From a virus (Duplodnaviria > Caudoviricetes): 33,452 nt of DNA. The notes beneath the pieces are model-generated. The model did no database searches. It was given only the letters and a program-made list of their open reading frames with translations, and was not told the origin of the DNA. Below are positions 1 through 9,205 of the stretch, piece after piece; the first letter of the stretch is position 1, and each line of letters opens with the position of its first letter. The stretch is taken from IMG/VR virus record IMGVR_UViG_3300045771_000019, positions 1 to 33,452 of that record; one strand, written 5' to 3'. The translations under genes were made by a program, and so were the position numbers.

Positions 1-1
1 C

Positions 2-616
2 AAAACCGTGACGAGCTCCAGGATGAGGAGAAACCCATCCAGGAGTAGGAGTAGGAACAGGAACCACAACAGTCCTATCAGCGCCCCAAGAGCTAGGAAG
101 CTCAAATAGGAAGAATTTTGCCACAAGAGCATCAAAAGCAGTCCTCTGAGTGATTCCCTTCACTGGATCTGTAATGTCATGGTGGCCACCACCCATTTGA
201 CCAAGTTGCCAGTGTTCACAATAGCCAGTCCAGTTATTTGCAGCCGTGGCTCTCTGGCAAGGAATATTGTTGATACGGAGACGATAGGCCGTAATAGCAG
301 CTAAAGTCTCCCATTCAGCGGCATAAAGGCCCTTAGCAGCGTAACCAGCAGCTTCAATACCCTCAGAGAAGCTGTTCACATTACATGCATGCCAAGCCTT
401 ATTCGCAGGATGCACCATATTAGTAACCTGAGTACCATCTTCACTGAGAATGTAATGGGCAGAAACCTCGGACGCCTGCATAGCGAACCAGGAAACAGAA
501 CCAGAATAGGAACCTTCACAGTCGTGGATGACAATCAGTCGGACTTTCTGCCCATTGCGGGAAGAGAAGTTCGGACTGGGAGTCCATATAACTTTGGGTA
601 ACTGGAGCAAAGTCAT
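2..616 (-). CDS. N-acetylmuramoyl-L-alanine amidase (Amidase_2-type endolysin), 3'-truncated by the window edge
   Basis: Not in the ORF track; translated by hand from ATG at 616: MTLLQLPKVIWTPSPNFSSRNGQKVRLIVIHDCEGS...VSAHYIL...KAWHAC..NSFSEGIE...HWQL..GGHHD. The SPNF, IVIH, SAHY, AWHA and GIE motifs are typical of Amidase_2. The frame stays open to the window edge. Confidence 0.88.
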   Translation of the reverse strand, partial: MTLLQLPKVIWTPSPNFSSRNGQKVRLIVIHDCEGSYSGSVSWFAMQASEVSAHYILSEDGTQVTNMVHPANKAWHACNVNSFSEGIEAAGYAAKGLYAAEWETLAAITAYRLRINNIPCQRATAANNWTGYCEHWQLGQMGGGHHDITDPVKGITQRTAFDALVAKFFLFELPSSWGADRTVVVPVPTPTPGWVSPHPGARHGF

Positions 617-717
617 AGTTAAGCGCCTTTCATCGAGAAGTTAGTTCAACAATCCAGCAATAATTTCGGCCCAATCTCAACCGAACGTCCCGTCAGCCAG
701 CCCACGCAACAGGCCGT

Positions 718-2103
718 CTACGAAGTCCAGCCAGCCGAGTGCCGGATCGCCGCATCTGCTACTTTGACTGTCGCGCTCGCGCCGCCCGTCAATGACGGGT
801 AGAACACAATCGCCACTTGCAAGTTGACAGATTGCGAATTTGACAGGGTTTGAATGACCGGCGTGCGTAACGTAAGATACAGGTTCCCGGCTTGGTTAAG
901 CATCAGCGCATATTGATTATTGCCAATGCTGGTAATGTCCATGTCGTAAGCCTGCTGATAGCCGGACGTATGATTTTCGGACAGTTCTAACCAGACTGTG
1001 TACAGGTTTGTAGGTGCGTCAATCTCTATGACAGCCTCGCCATAGAGAAGATCGCCCGCGCTATACCCGCTCCCGACGTTGACGGTCGCGGAGTTCATTT
1101 GTAGCTGTTCTTGTACTCCGCCGCTGTTGGTCGTCGAAAACGCGATTACCTGTCGATTCCCGTTGCTGAAGCCGCCCAGATCGGTGCGCGGGCTTTCGAT
1201 TGAGGCCGTCGCCGTGCAGACCGACGACCCGCTGTATTTCTGGATCGTCCATCCAGTCGCCGCCGTACCTGTCAGCGTGCAATTCGTCGCGCCGCCCGCC
1301 GTGGCGTTGAGAGTCCCGCCAGACCCGGAGAAATAGCCGTTGGCGAGCAGGTTCGAATAAGGACCATTGGTCGCGTTATAGGTATCGCCTTGCGAGACTC
1401 CCGTCATGCCAACATAGGCGGGAAGCGTGCGCTGGATGGCATTCCAGAGGCACAATCCCATTAAATACGCAGATTTAGGCCCAGGGTGAATAGTATCACC
1501 GATGCCATAGTAGGCTTTTTGCTGCGGCGACGATTGAGTGTAATCGTTGATCCACGGCCACGGGTCAACTAACACAATTCCCGCCGTGTTGAGCGCGTAA
1601 AAGCGTATGAACGTATTGAAGCTCAGCAACGATTCGTATTGGCTCGCGCTCAGACCCGTGATCGGCACCAATGTCATCAAACAGACAGTGATGCCCGCGC
1701 CAACCAACTGCGAGCAGATGGTTTTCAGCTGCGAGATCATCGTAGCAAGGGGCGTCGGAGTCGGAGTCAGGTCGATGTCATTATGGCCGCCTAGGACGAT
1801 GCAATTTTTTACGCCGCTGGCGATGACGCTCGACACGCGCGACATCATGCCGGGATTTACGCCACCATTTGTAGGCCCTAGCGTGTCGCCATTCACGCCG
1901 AAGTTGTTCTGCGGATTGAATGAGATAGAGCCGCCACTCAACGCGCGCGCCCATGCCAGATAACCGTAATAGTTCATCGATACTTGCGTCGTTGTCGTTG
2001 GCGCCGGCGCTTGATAGGTCGAATTATGTGCGCTGATCGAGTCTCCGAGACAAGCGAACGTATTTGATCTAGTTGATGGAACTGGCGGAGGAAGATTGCT
2101 CAT
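718..2103 (-). CDS. SGNH/GDSL hydrolase (probable virion-associated esterase/deacetylase) with C-terminal beta-rich domain
   Basis: Blocks LGDSIS, NFGVNGDT, GGHND and GDTIHP. Start placed at MSNLPP (2103) because it follows the stop of the upstream gene and an AAGGGA SD. Confidence 0.8.
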   Translation of the reverse strand: MSNLPPPVPSTRSNTFACLGDSISAHNSTYQAPAPTTTTQVSMNYYGYLAWARALSGGSISFNPQNNFGVNGDTLGPTNGGVNPGMMSRVSSVIASGVKNCIVLGGHNDIDLTPTPTPLATMISQLKTICSQLVGAGITVCLMTLVPITGLSASQYESLLSFNTFIRFYALNTAGIVLVDPWPWINDYTQSSPQQKAYYGIGDTIHPGPKSAYLMGLCLWNAIQRTLPAYVGMTGVSQGDTYNATNGPYSNLLANGYFSGSGGTLNATAGGATNCTLTGTAATGWTIQKYSGSSVCTATASIESPRTDLGGFSNGNRQVIAFSTTNSGGVQEQLQMNSATVNVGSGYSAGDLLYGEAVIEIDAPTNLYTVWLELSENHTSGYQQAYDMDITSIGNNQYALMLNQAGNLYLTLRTPVIQTLSNSQSVNLQVAIVFYPSLTGGASATVKVADAAIRHSAGWTS

Positions 2104-2113
2104 AATATTTCCC

Positions 2114-2761
2114 TTAATCGATAAAGGCTGCGATCTGCGCCGTCGCAGTGTTGGCAGATGCGGTCGCGGTGACAGCATTAGGCCACGTCACCGAGGTAGA
2201 ACCATTGGTAAACGAGGCGAGTTGTGGTGTGCCATTTGAGAACGTCACATAAAATGAATTAGTTGGACCCGTCCAAGCAGCGTTAAGCGTACCTGAGGTC
2301 GCCGCAGTCAATGCACCAGTGAATGTAATCACTGTCGTAATAGGAGAATAGATCTGCAAGCGACCTTTGAAGGTCTGGCTCGAATAAGAACCCCCTTGTG
2401 AACCAATACCTAGTCCACCACCGAGTGTAAATACTGTTGCTCCATTAGGCGCTGATCCACTCGCTGCCGTCCCATCATCACGAATTACAGCAATCTGCGA
2501 ACCAGTGTTATTTTCAATATCCCCATTCTTGCGAGCACCTGCTGGGATAACGGCAGTAAGGTAATAGCTTGCATAGGGTCCGCTTAACCCAAAATTCGCA
2601 CCAACATTAGGCAGTGCAACCATACACGAACTGTAATTTCCACCACTCGATCCATTCAGATCGTTATCGATGCTTTGAAGAACATCAACTTCTCTAGGAG
2701 TTGGATTCAATCCATTCGAATTATTGGCGGTATAGACAGGTTCAGGATATGGATTAGGCAT
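2114..2761 (-). CDS. hypothetical virion/tail-associated protein (Thr/Ser/Gly-rich, beta-rich)
   Basis: 215-aa ORF with an AGGA SD, co-oriented with the late module; composition typical of structural proteins. Confidence 0.55.
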   Translation of the reverse strand: MPNPYPEPVYTANNSNGLNPTPREVDVLQSIDNDLNGSSGGNYSSCMVALPNVGANFGLSGPYASYYLTAVIPAGARKNGDIENNTGSQIAVIRDDGTAASGSAPNGATVFTLGGGLGIGSQGGSYSSQTFKGRLQIYSPITTVITFTGALTAATSGTLNAAWTGPTNSFYVTFSNGTPQLASFTNGSTSVTWPNAVTATASANTATAQIAAFID

Positions 2762-2874
2762 TCAAATCCTACAATGGCTATTACGAAGCTCATTAAGCTA
2801 ATAAAAGAAAACAGTCTCCAGCGCTATAGCACTATAGATGAATTGTAGAACAAGTCTCTTAGGGTAAGTGTAAC

Positions 2875-3168
2875 TTAGAAGGAGTAGCTATACCCACCGT
2901 AATATGGATCTGGGGTAGCACCTATCCACTCAGCCCATTGCATGGTCCAAAAAGCATAAGAGGGTTCATCGAGACCAGGCCCTGTGATGGCGTTTGCCTC
3001 ACCTTCAGCCTGTGTCGGATCAGACGGATTCCAAGCTCGACTAGAACTATTAATCATAGGGTAAGTTGCCAAGAAGTCAGATTGAGATATGGCAGGATGA
3101 GTTACAGGTGTAGGTATCTGGCTCGTAAGATAAGCTTGATATGCTGTGTCATCCCACCAAGGCATCAA
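2875..3168 (-). CDS. hypothetical protein (acidic, aromatic-rich)
   Basis: 97 aa; start overlaps the stop of 3165..3647 (translational coupling). Confidence 0.5.
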   Translation of the reverse strand: MMPWWDDTAYQAYLTSQIPTPVTHPAISQSDFLATYPMINSSSRAWNPSDPTQAEGEANAITGPGLDEPSYAFWTMQWAEWIGATPDPYYGGYSYSF

Positions 3169-3647
3169 ACCCTCACAAAAGCTATGACTAAATTAGGGGA
3201 GATAAGTGAACGAGAGACTTTATGGCTCCAATTACCGGAGACCATAATCACTTGTCTTTGGTTCCAGCCTGCAAAGAAACCAACATGACCTCGCATCACC
3301 ACGAGATCACCGGACTTTGGGTTATGTGTCTTGGGTCCATAGACAAGAGCGGACGAGGCCATTCGACTTGCAAGAGGCTTATGCCCCGTTTTCTTCAACA
3401 TGAATGATACAAAGTCGGCACACCACGGACCTTTAGTACCAGTTATATTCCCTGAACCAAGGAAATGCATAGCTTCTGTGATAACATTATTGCCTTGGTT
3501 CACGATTTGCCCAAAGAATCGTACAGCTCTACCCTCATCATGCGTAATAAGTGGAGAAGCTGACGCTGAACCAATGAAGGTAAACAGAAACCATCCTATC
3601 AGGATACTGCACTTAGAGTAATTCAATGCTATAAGAACCCTCTCCAA
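3165..3647 (-). CDS. TIGR02594-family / CHAP-NlpC/P60-like cysteine peptidase (peptidoglycan hydrolase) with hydrophobic N-terminus
   Basis: PWCADFV (catalytic Cys), GDLVV, GHVGF (His) and SGN motifs; the N-terminal hydrophobic segment ends in ASA-S. Confidence 0.8.
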   Translation of the reverse strand: MERVLIALNYSKCSILIGWFLFTFIGSASASPLITHDEGRAVRFFGQIVNQGNNVITEAMHFLGSGNITGTKGPWCADFVSFMLKKTGHKPLASRMASSALVYGPKTHNPKSGDLVVMRGHVGFFAGWNQRQVIMVSGNWSHKVSRSLISPNLVIAFVRV

Positions 3648-5384
3648 TCAGCAACCTCCACCGACATTATCGACGATTGTGACAGGCGTCGTACTCGTAC
3701 CTGCGTAGGCGATTATCTTGCATGTCCCGCCAGTCGTCCCGGCGACGACTTGAAACTTCAACAATCCTGTGCCGGGCGCGGCCCCGGAAGCGGTTTCTTT
3801 AGCCAAGATGATTTCCGCCGACTTGCTGAACCCGACTGCTACGGCGTTCGTTGCTACCGCCCCGGCGTTTCCGGCCGTGGTCGAAGGGGCGAACGAGAGT
3901 TGCCCCGTTGAAGTATTGAATTGGAACGCCGCAGACCAATTGTTAGATGATCCGTCGCCATAGTACCAGCTTGAGCCTGTCCAGTATTGATTGAACCCAA
4001 AACCCGGATTATCTGCCGTAATGTAAAGGGGGAGCGTCGGCCCAAACTTTGCACACGAAACGTTAGAGGCGACACAAGCGCCAACCTCTAACGTTGCCTC
4101 GAAAGTCGGAGCGGCTCCTAGTGCGAGGCCACCAGCGCCGTAGCCGACGCCTTGCAAGATGTTGTGAATTTGGCCTTTGGTATCCGTCCAGCTAAGGCTG
4201 GCCCCTGTATCCACGACAGGCTGCGGCTCGCCGTCGCCTAGACCATAAGCGTCAATGCTACTCCCCCACGCCGAAAACGAACCGTTACCCACAAAGTGCA
4301 TCCCGCCTTCCATTACGGTGACGCCCGAGAAGTGGTGTTCGTTACAGCCGTTCGGCGCAGGTGTGTTGCTCGTCCCGGCTTCAGCGATGAACGAATAACC
4401 GGAACCACCAATGCTATTGATGTACAGGTCGATAAAATCGTTCTTGTCGGACGCGCCACAGTCGAAGCCAATCGCGGTCCCGTAGTGCTGTATGTTTACA
4501 TTCTTGTAAGTATTGTGCGCGGTGTCCCATGTATTGTTGCCGCTCGTGTGCCAGCATGTAGTCCCGGTCTGGCATATAACTTGAATATCTTCCCAGTTCG
4601 ACATCACGTCGCTGGCGATGGGTGACGATGGGTTAATGCCTTCGTCCACGCCATATTGCGTCGCGTTCGTGATGACCAGCCGCTTGAATTGCCCGGAAGT
4701 GACGCCTTTTTTGTTGATCCCGACTCCTGCTACGTTATTCGCGTAGATGCACATATCCGCGAGGCCAGGGTTCGCCATCTCCGTTCCAGGGGCGGCGACC
4801 GTCGAGAACATCGTCCCGCCAGGGGTGCCCGTCCACACAGCGACGGTGCCACAGACGCTATAGGGCGCTCCACCTTGACCGTGCAAATGCACCCCTGAAG
4901 GAATGCTAACCGACGTCTGAAGGTTAATCTGTCCACCGTAGACCGTCACATCGAGTTGGCTTAACGTTTTTGCCGCTGCGAGAACCTGATTGATCGTCGG
5001 CCCCGCGTCTGACATAGCAAAGGTTACGCCCCACTCCGTGATTTGCCACACGTTCGGATCGGTTGCCGCAGACCAGCAACCGGCCCCGCCTGCGCTGGGC
5101 GCGACATAAAGCGCGAGATTGTCAGGCGTCCCAGGACATGCCGCTTTCCATTTATACGTAAGTGAAGGAGCACCATAGCCTGATGCATAGTCATCTCTGA
5201 TAACTATTGCAGAAGCAGTTGGAGGAATAAGATCACGCAATGCAGCTAGGCTAGGAACATGCGAAACACCGTTATTTTTCGCAATAAAATCAGGTGCAAA
5301 TTGGGGATCAGCTTGCGTAGCCAGAGCAGCTGACGAAACCGAGCTCAGAAACGCAATAGCGATGAGCGAGTTTAACCGTAGCAA
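3648..5384 (-). CDS. beta-helix (pectate-lyase-like) tail spike/depolymerase-like protein
   Basis: ITEWGV...DAGPTINQVL...IPSGVHLHGQGG resembles the Pectate_lyase_3 N-terminal motif, followed by N/G/I-rich repeats. TTG start with a GGAGG SD. Confidence 0.7.
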   Translation of the reverse strand: MLRLNSLIAIAFLSSVSSAALATQADPQFAPDFIAKNNGVSHVPSLAALRDLIPPTASAIVIRDDYASGYGAPSLTYKWKAACPGTPDNLALYVAPSAGGAGCWSAATDPNVWQITEWGVTFAMSDAGPTINQVLAAAKTLSQLDVTVYGGQINLQTSVSIPSGVHLHGQGGAPYSVCGTVAVWTGTPGGTMFSTVAAPGTEMANPGLADMCIYANNVAGVGINKKGVTSGQFKRLVITNATQYGVDEGINPSSPIASDVMSNWEDIQVICQTGTTCWHTSGNNTWDTAHNTYKNVNIQHYGTAIGFDCGASDKNDFIDLYINSIGGSGYSFIAEAGTSNTPAPNGCNEHHFSGVTVMEGGMHFVGNGSFSAWGSSIDAYGLGDGEPQPVVDTGASLSWTDTKGQIHNILQGVGYGAGGLALGAAPTFEATLEVGACVASNVSCAKFGPTLPLYITADNPGFGFNQYWTGSSWYYGDGSSNNWSAAFQFNTSTGQLSFAPSTTAGNAGAVATNAVAVGFSKSAEIILAKETASGAAPGTGLLKFQVVAGTTGGTCKIIAYAGTSTTPVTIVDNVGGGC

Positions 5385-5734
5385 AATGTACCTCCATTAA
5401 GCCAGACATGAGGAGTACCAACTCCACCTGGAGCACCTTCAGCAAGCGGCAGAAGAGGTGCAGCTAGATTAAGCAAGGTGAGCAAAGCACTCGTATTGCT
5501 ACCCGAGAATATCGCAGGAAGTCCCGTCAATTCACCAACCGAGTTCGCAACAGCTTGCAGAACTGCAACATTAGCAGCAAGAACTTGGATCTGCGCCATA
5601 TTGTAGTTGAGGTATTTAACGCTATCGATATTATCGGCCACATTCTTGACCGAATAAAAAGCGTCACCTAGCAACCTATCAATGGCTGGGGCGAAGTTTC
5701 CGCCATAGTAGTCAGCAGTGCAACGACTTCCCAT
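5372..5734 (-). CDS. hypothetical structural protein (possible tail-appendage anchor/adaptor)
   Basis: 120 aa, coupled to the gp67-like gene; occupies the tail-fibre position of N4-like gene order. Confidence 0.5.
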   Translation of the reverse strand: MGSRCTADYYGGNFAPAIDRLLGDAFYSVKNVADNIDSVKYLNYNMAQIQVLAANVAVLQAVANSVGELTGLPAIFSGSNTSALLTLLNLAAPLLPLAEGAPGGVGTPHVWLNGGTFCYG

Positions 5735-6438
5735 TAGCGCCAGCCTCCTTTTTCAAACCTAGCGTTTGTCTGAGAAATACTCAGATTAAACATCTCACTT
5801 ACTGCAACATCATCACATGTAGAATCAAATAGTTTCTGGTAATCCTGGGATCTAGCTACACCATCTTGAGAGTTCATCTGGCTAAAAACCCGGTAAGCTA
5901 CGTATGAGCTAAGTGCAGTCTCTAATACATCAGGTAATTCAATATATTCACTCAATTCGCCTTTAAGAACTGGATGACGTTGCTGATATTTAACATTAAG
6001 GTACACTCCAGTCATAGGGTTAGGGACTTGGAGCATCTTTACTTGAGGTGTGAAGACAGAGAACGGCTCATTCTCATCATTAAGCTGAATCTCTCGACCC
6101 ATATGATCAAAAACTTGAGTGACTTTGATCAATTCATCTTTGAACTTCTCATGAGGAAGATCAACAATATAACGAATCGGCCTATTATCAGCCGTCCCTA
6201 GAGGCGTATAATTCACTGAATACTCAGGAATAAGCCGATAATTTGTAATATGCTCATAAAGTTGCAGGATGAAGTCATTCTCTTTCAGCAAAAACTTAGA
6301 GTAAAGCTGCAAGAGAGCATCATTGGTGTGCTTGAAGAACCTAGGATAAGCACTAGGAGCAATAGCTCCACCAGCTGCTACCGATAGATTCTGCAATTCA
6401 CAGTTAGCAAGGTTTGTAAAGAAATCTTGAACCAGCAT
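5734..6438 (-). CDS. N4 gp67-like virion structural (adaptor) protein
   Basis: Immediately downstream of TerL. L.N.EL.NL N-terminus, FTPQ..MLQVP and C-terminal TNARFEKGGW match the N4 gp67 family as recalled. Confidence 0.8.
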   Translation of the reverse strand: MLVQDFFTNLANCELQNLSVAAGGAIAPSAYPRFFKHTNDALLQLYSKFLLKENDFILQLYEHITNYRLIPEYSVNYTPLGTADNRPIRYIVDLPHEKFKDELIKVTQVFDHMGREIQLNDENEPFSVFTPQVKMLQVPNPMTGVYLNVKYQQRHPVLKGELSEYIELPDVLETALSSYVAYRVFSQMNSQDGVARSQDYQKLFDSTCDDVAVSEMFNLSISQTNARFEKGGWR

Positions 6439-6444
6439 TTAGCC

Positions 6445-8034
6445 TCACACCACATAAACAGAAAGTGAAGTGGCCTCTGCTTCTGGTGTGTCCTCTTCCC
6501 AGATCATTTCAGAGTGCTCTCCAGTAGTTGTTGGAAGAGATTCTGATGGTTTCCATGGGTTGAGATACCCTAGCATCGAGATCGTATCCAGGCAGTCGTC
6601 TTTGCCTTTCAATCCAGTCCTTGTAGCTAACTTAATCTGCTGCATGAACTGACCTATGATCACTGATTGCTTCATTTCCTCGGGAAAGTACATACTTTGT
6701 ATCTTGAACCAAGGAACTATCTGGTTAAACCTAGATAATTTGTCGGCCATCATACGAAGACCAGATTCGCCTGTGGATCCTTGAGCCAAGTTGAACCAGA
6801 TATTCCGCTGCATCATTTCTTTTTGTAAGAGACGGATGTAAGCCTGCTGTTGGCCATTGATCTCGATGCCCACTTGTTGGGGCTTGTATTTTGAAGCTAA
6901 CCTGAAGAGTTCGTCCCAGATTTTATCGATGGTCCATCGCTCTGCGATGCCGTCAACCCAGAACCAATGACCAGCAGCATTGTATGCCCAGACACTGATC
7001 ACACTCTGATCGGCTGTCTGCTTGGCGCTCGTGGCAAAATCTGTCGTGATGTAGAAGTTAAAAATACCTTTGTTTTGAAGCAGTTGTGCTCGGGAATACC
7101 AGCAAATTTCGTTATCTTGAACCAGTCGATCCTCATCAGAGGTAAGCCTGAGCATCAGCTCCTGATCGAAGGCAGCCAGATGGCCTGTGGCAACGGCCAT
7201 ATCATACTGCTCTTTGACATAATCGAAAGTAAATCGATCTTCCCAAGCCCCGGAGAACTCCTCCCGTTCACAAGGGAACTTCTCACAGACTGGCCAGACA
7301 TTGACATCCCATCCACCAGACTCGACAGCTTCGACTAGGATATCACTCTTGTTGAAGGGAGTTCCATTGAATATGACTTTTCGCTTGGTAGGGTCGAGTG
7401 CATGATTAACTCCCTTATAAACAGTGTCCTTAATAGCAGCCATGGAAACTTTGGACTTGGAGTCATCGTCCGATACAAGGTCATCGAGCACAGCTAGTTT
7501 AGGTCTCTTAGCAAAGATTTTGGTTCCACGTAGACCTGTCTTGGCACCGAACATCTTAATACCTAAGCGATTACCATCCCGAGATTCAAATTCAATGTAG
7601 GGATCAGTAAACGTAGCTTTAGGAATCCAATACTGAGCAAACTCTGAGCTATTATAACGGAACTCAATGTTCTTACGTGCGCTTTTGACACCATTCTCCA
7701 TGGAATCTGACACGTAAATCATGCCATCGACTTTGCCAAAGTCTGGCAGAACACCAAACACTCCCAGAAATAGGGAGAAATACTCAAAAAAGAGAGTGGT
7801 CTTAGCTGCTCCACGGAAGCAGAGGTTTGCTATATACTGACTCGGCGCTACCACCTTATCGAGCATCTTCAGATGAACAGGGGGTGTCTTATGACTTTCC
7901 CCCTCAGTGCCATTCACCAACTTGATGAAGTTCATGAAAGTGAGGGCAAACTCACTTGGCACATAGGCTGAGGAGTTTAGAGACTGATAATCGACACCAT
8001 CAAGCCAGAGATCGAGGTCTTGTTTAATCAACAT
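6445..8034 (-). CDS. terL: terminase large subunit (N4 gp68-like)
   Basis: CFRGAAKTT (Walker A variant), GLRG..RPKLAVLDDL (Walker B), FNGTP, and nuclease motifs TDFA and DDCLD; 529 aa. Confidence 0.95.
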   Translation of the reverse strand: MLIKQDLDLWLDGVDYQSLNSSAYVPSEFALTFMNFIKLVNGTEGESHKTPPVHLKMLDKVVAPSQYIANLCFRGAAKTTLFFEYFSLFLGVFGVLPDFGKVDGMIYVSDSMENGVKSARKNIEFRYNSSEFAQYWIPKATFTDPYIEFESRDGNRLGIKMFGAKTGLRGTKIFAKRPKLAVLDDLVSDDDSKSKVSMAAIKDTVYKGVNHALDPTKRKVIFNGTPFNKSDILVEAVESGGWDVNVWPVCEKFPCEREEFSGAWEDRFTFDYVKEQYDMAVATGHLAAFDQELMLRLTSDEDRLVQDNEICWYSRAQLLQNKGIFNFYITTDFATSAKQTADQSVISVWAYNAAGHWFWVDGIAERWTIDKIWDELFRLASKYKPQQVGIEINGQQQAYIRLLQKEMMQRNIWFNLAQGSTGESGLRMMADKLSRFNQIVPWFKIQSMYFPEEMKQSVIIGQFMQQIKLATRTGLKGKDDCLDTISMLGYLNPWKPSESLPTTTGEHSEMIWEEDTPEAEATSLSVYVV

Positions 8035-8719
8035 TTAGAGGTATTGCCACTGGAGTCACATCGATCAGCTTCTGATCGGCAATCACCTTGGGAGAGACAC
8101 CACTCTGTATGGCAGCAATCTGCTTTGAAGCGACACTGGTTAGCAGTTCACACAACTCACGCATACCAGAGGTCTCGGTCATATTTACATTGAGGGTGTT
8201 GACTGCCTCTTTTGGCTTGGCCAAGTGCGTTAGGAGCGAGTTTGCCGCCGCTGTTCTAGCTACAGCTGGAAGACCGTCGTCCTCCATGATGGCAACCTGT
8301 GTGTTGATCGCCTTCTGGTAGTTGTCCTGGTTCACAATCCATATCGGAACCAGGGTCTGTTCCATAACCAGATTGACGAGCTTGCCCTTATGGTAGGCAT
8401 GCACATAGGCAGAGATGTCTTTGGAGGTAGCTCCATTAGCCAAGAGTGTGGCATGACGTTGAGGAAACGTCTTACAGTAGGCATCCTGGTTCGAATAGCC
8501 CATGTGCTTGTAAGCTACATAGGCCACTGCATTCAGATAATCCTCTGTCTTGAACTTCCCATCCTGAAGAACCTTCGTGTACGAGATGAAGTTCTCTCGG
8601 ATGGTCTCTGCAATTACCGGATCAGTGCTCAAATTATTGATCTGATCCGTGAACTCTTGGGTAGCAGCCCCTCTCAGATTAACTGGAAGGGCATTCTCCA
8701 CCATCTCTTTCGTAAGCAT
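8024..8719 (-). CDS. N4 gp69-like protein, putative terminase small subunit
   Basis: Directly upstream of TerL; ENFISY..VL..GKFK..DYLNAV.YV and AY.KTFP.R are conserved in N4 gp69 homologues as recalled. Confidence 0.82.
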   Translation of the reverse strand: MLTKEMVENALPVNLRGAATQEFTDQINNLSTDPVIAETIRENFISYTKVLQDGKFKTEDYLNAVAYVAYKHMGYSNQDAYCKTFPQRHATLLANGATSKDISAYVHAYHKGKLVNLVMEQTLVPIWIVNQDNYQKAINTQVAIMEDDGLPAVARTAAANSLLTHLAKPKEAVNTLNVNMTETSGMRELCELLTSVASKQIAAIQSGVSPKVIADQKLIDVTPVAIPLNVD

Positions 8720-8922
8720 TAAGTGAATGCCTCGATCCGCTCAGCCAGTATTCGCTGGTAATGCCGCATATAACCAAGTTGGTCGATTAAACGACAGCGC
8801 TCGCTCATAGGTAGCGAGTTAAAGATGGTATTGCCTTGGAATGTATCCAAAGCATTGATCTTTACTGTTAAGTCGGCGTGCTCATTAAGAACACGAATTT
8901 GATGAGCAGCAGGGATTTTCAT
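8719..8922 (-). CDS. crAss001_48-like / T4 Y16Q-like small helical protein; candidate Sequestin-type immune-signal sponge
   Basis: HQIRVLNEHADLTVKINAL..F.....F..L...E...L..Q...M..Y..IL.ERI.AF aligns by eye with T4 Y16Q as recalled (YQARVKEEYDQLMLKINAL...RIAQF). Confidence 0.7.
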   Translation of the reverse strand: MKIPAAHQIRVLNEHADLTVKINALDTFQGNTIFNSLPMSERCRLIDQLGYMRHYQRILAERIEAFT

Positions 8923-8930
8923 AATAATCC

Positions 8931-9191
8931 TTAAGGTGTAACGAACCAGTCAGAAGCAAACTCATCTTGCTGGTTCGGGATGTACGTGCTGCTAACATTC
9001 CCCGGAGTCGTCACGTACACAAAGCCGACGAGACGCTCGAAGAACTTATCTTCTTGCTTAAGTGTAGGATCCGAATAGGTATATGGAACTTTCTTGATAT
9101 ACCCAGCTCCTGCCCATGCAGTACGCAAGACCATGTTGCCAAGCTTGGCAGACTGAATGGCATTGCCATAACTCATTGGATTACCAGACAT
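8931..9191 (-). CDS. DUF2829 / Tad2-like anti-Thoeris sponge protein
   Basis: MSYG.AI...K.G..V.R.AW.G and C-terminal YIPNQQDEFASDW fit the DUF2829 pattern (M.FG.AL..LK.G..V.R.GWNG ... W.PSQ.D.LA.DW). Confidence 0.75.
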   Translation of the reverse strand: MSGNPMSYGNAIQSAKLGNMVLRTAWAGAGYIKKVPYTYSDPTLKQEDKFFERLVGFVYVTTPGNVSSTYIPNQQDEFASDWFVTP

Positions 9192-9205
9192 TCACTTCCC
9201 TCTTA

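Noticed and set aside
2104-2178. N-terminal extension of the SGNH ORF given by the track
   Set aside because: It overlaps the upstream gene; ATG 2103 has an SD and fits better.
5372-5400. Programmed -1 frameshift fusing the 120-aa ORF to the beta-helix ORF
   Set aside because: There is no X XXY YYZ slippery heptamer, and the downstream ORF has its own GGAGG SD and TTG start.
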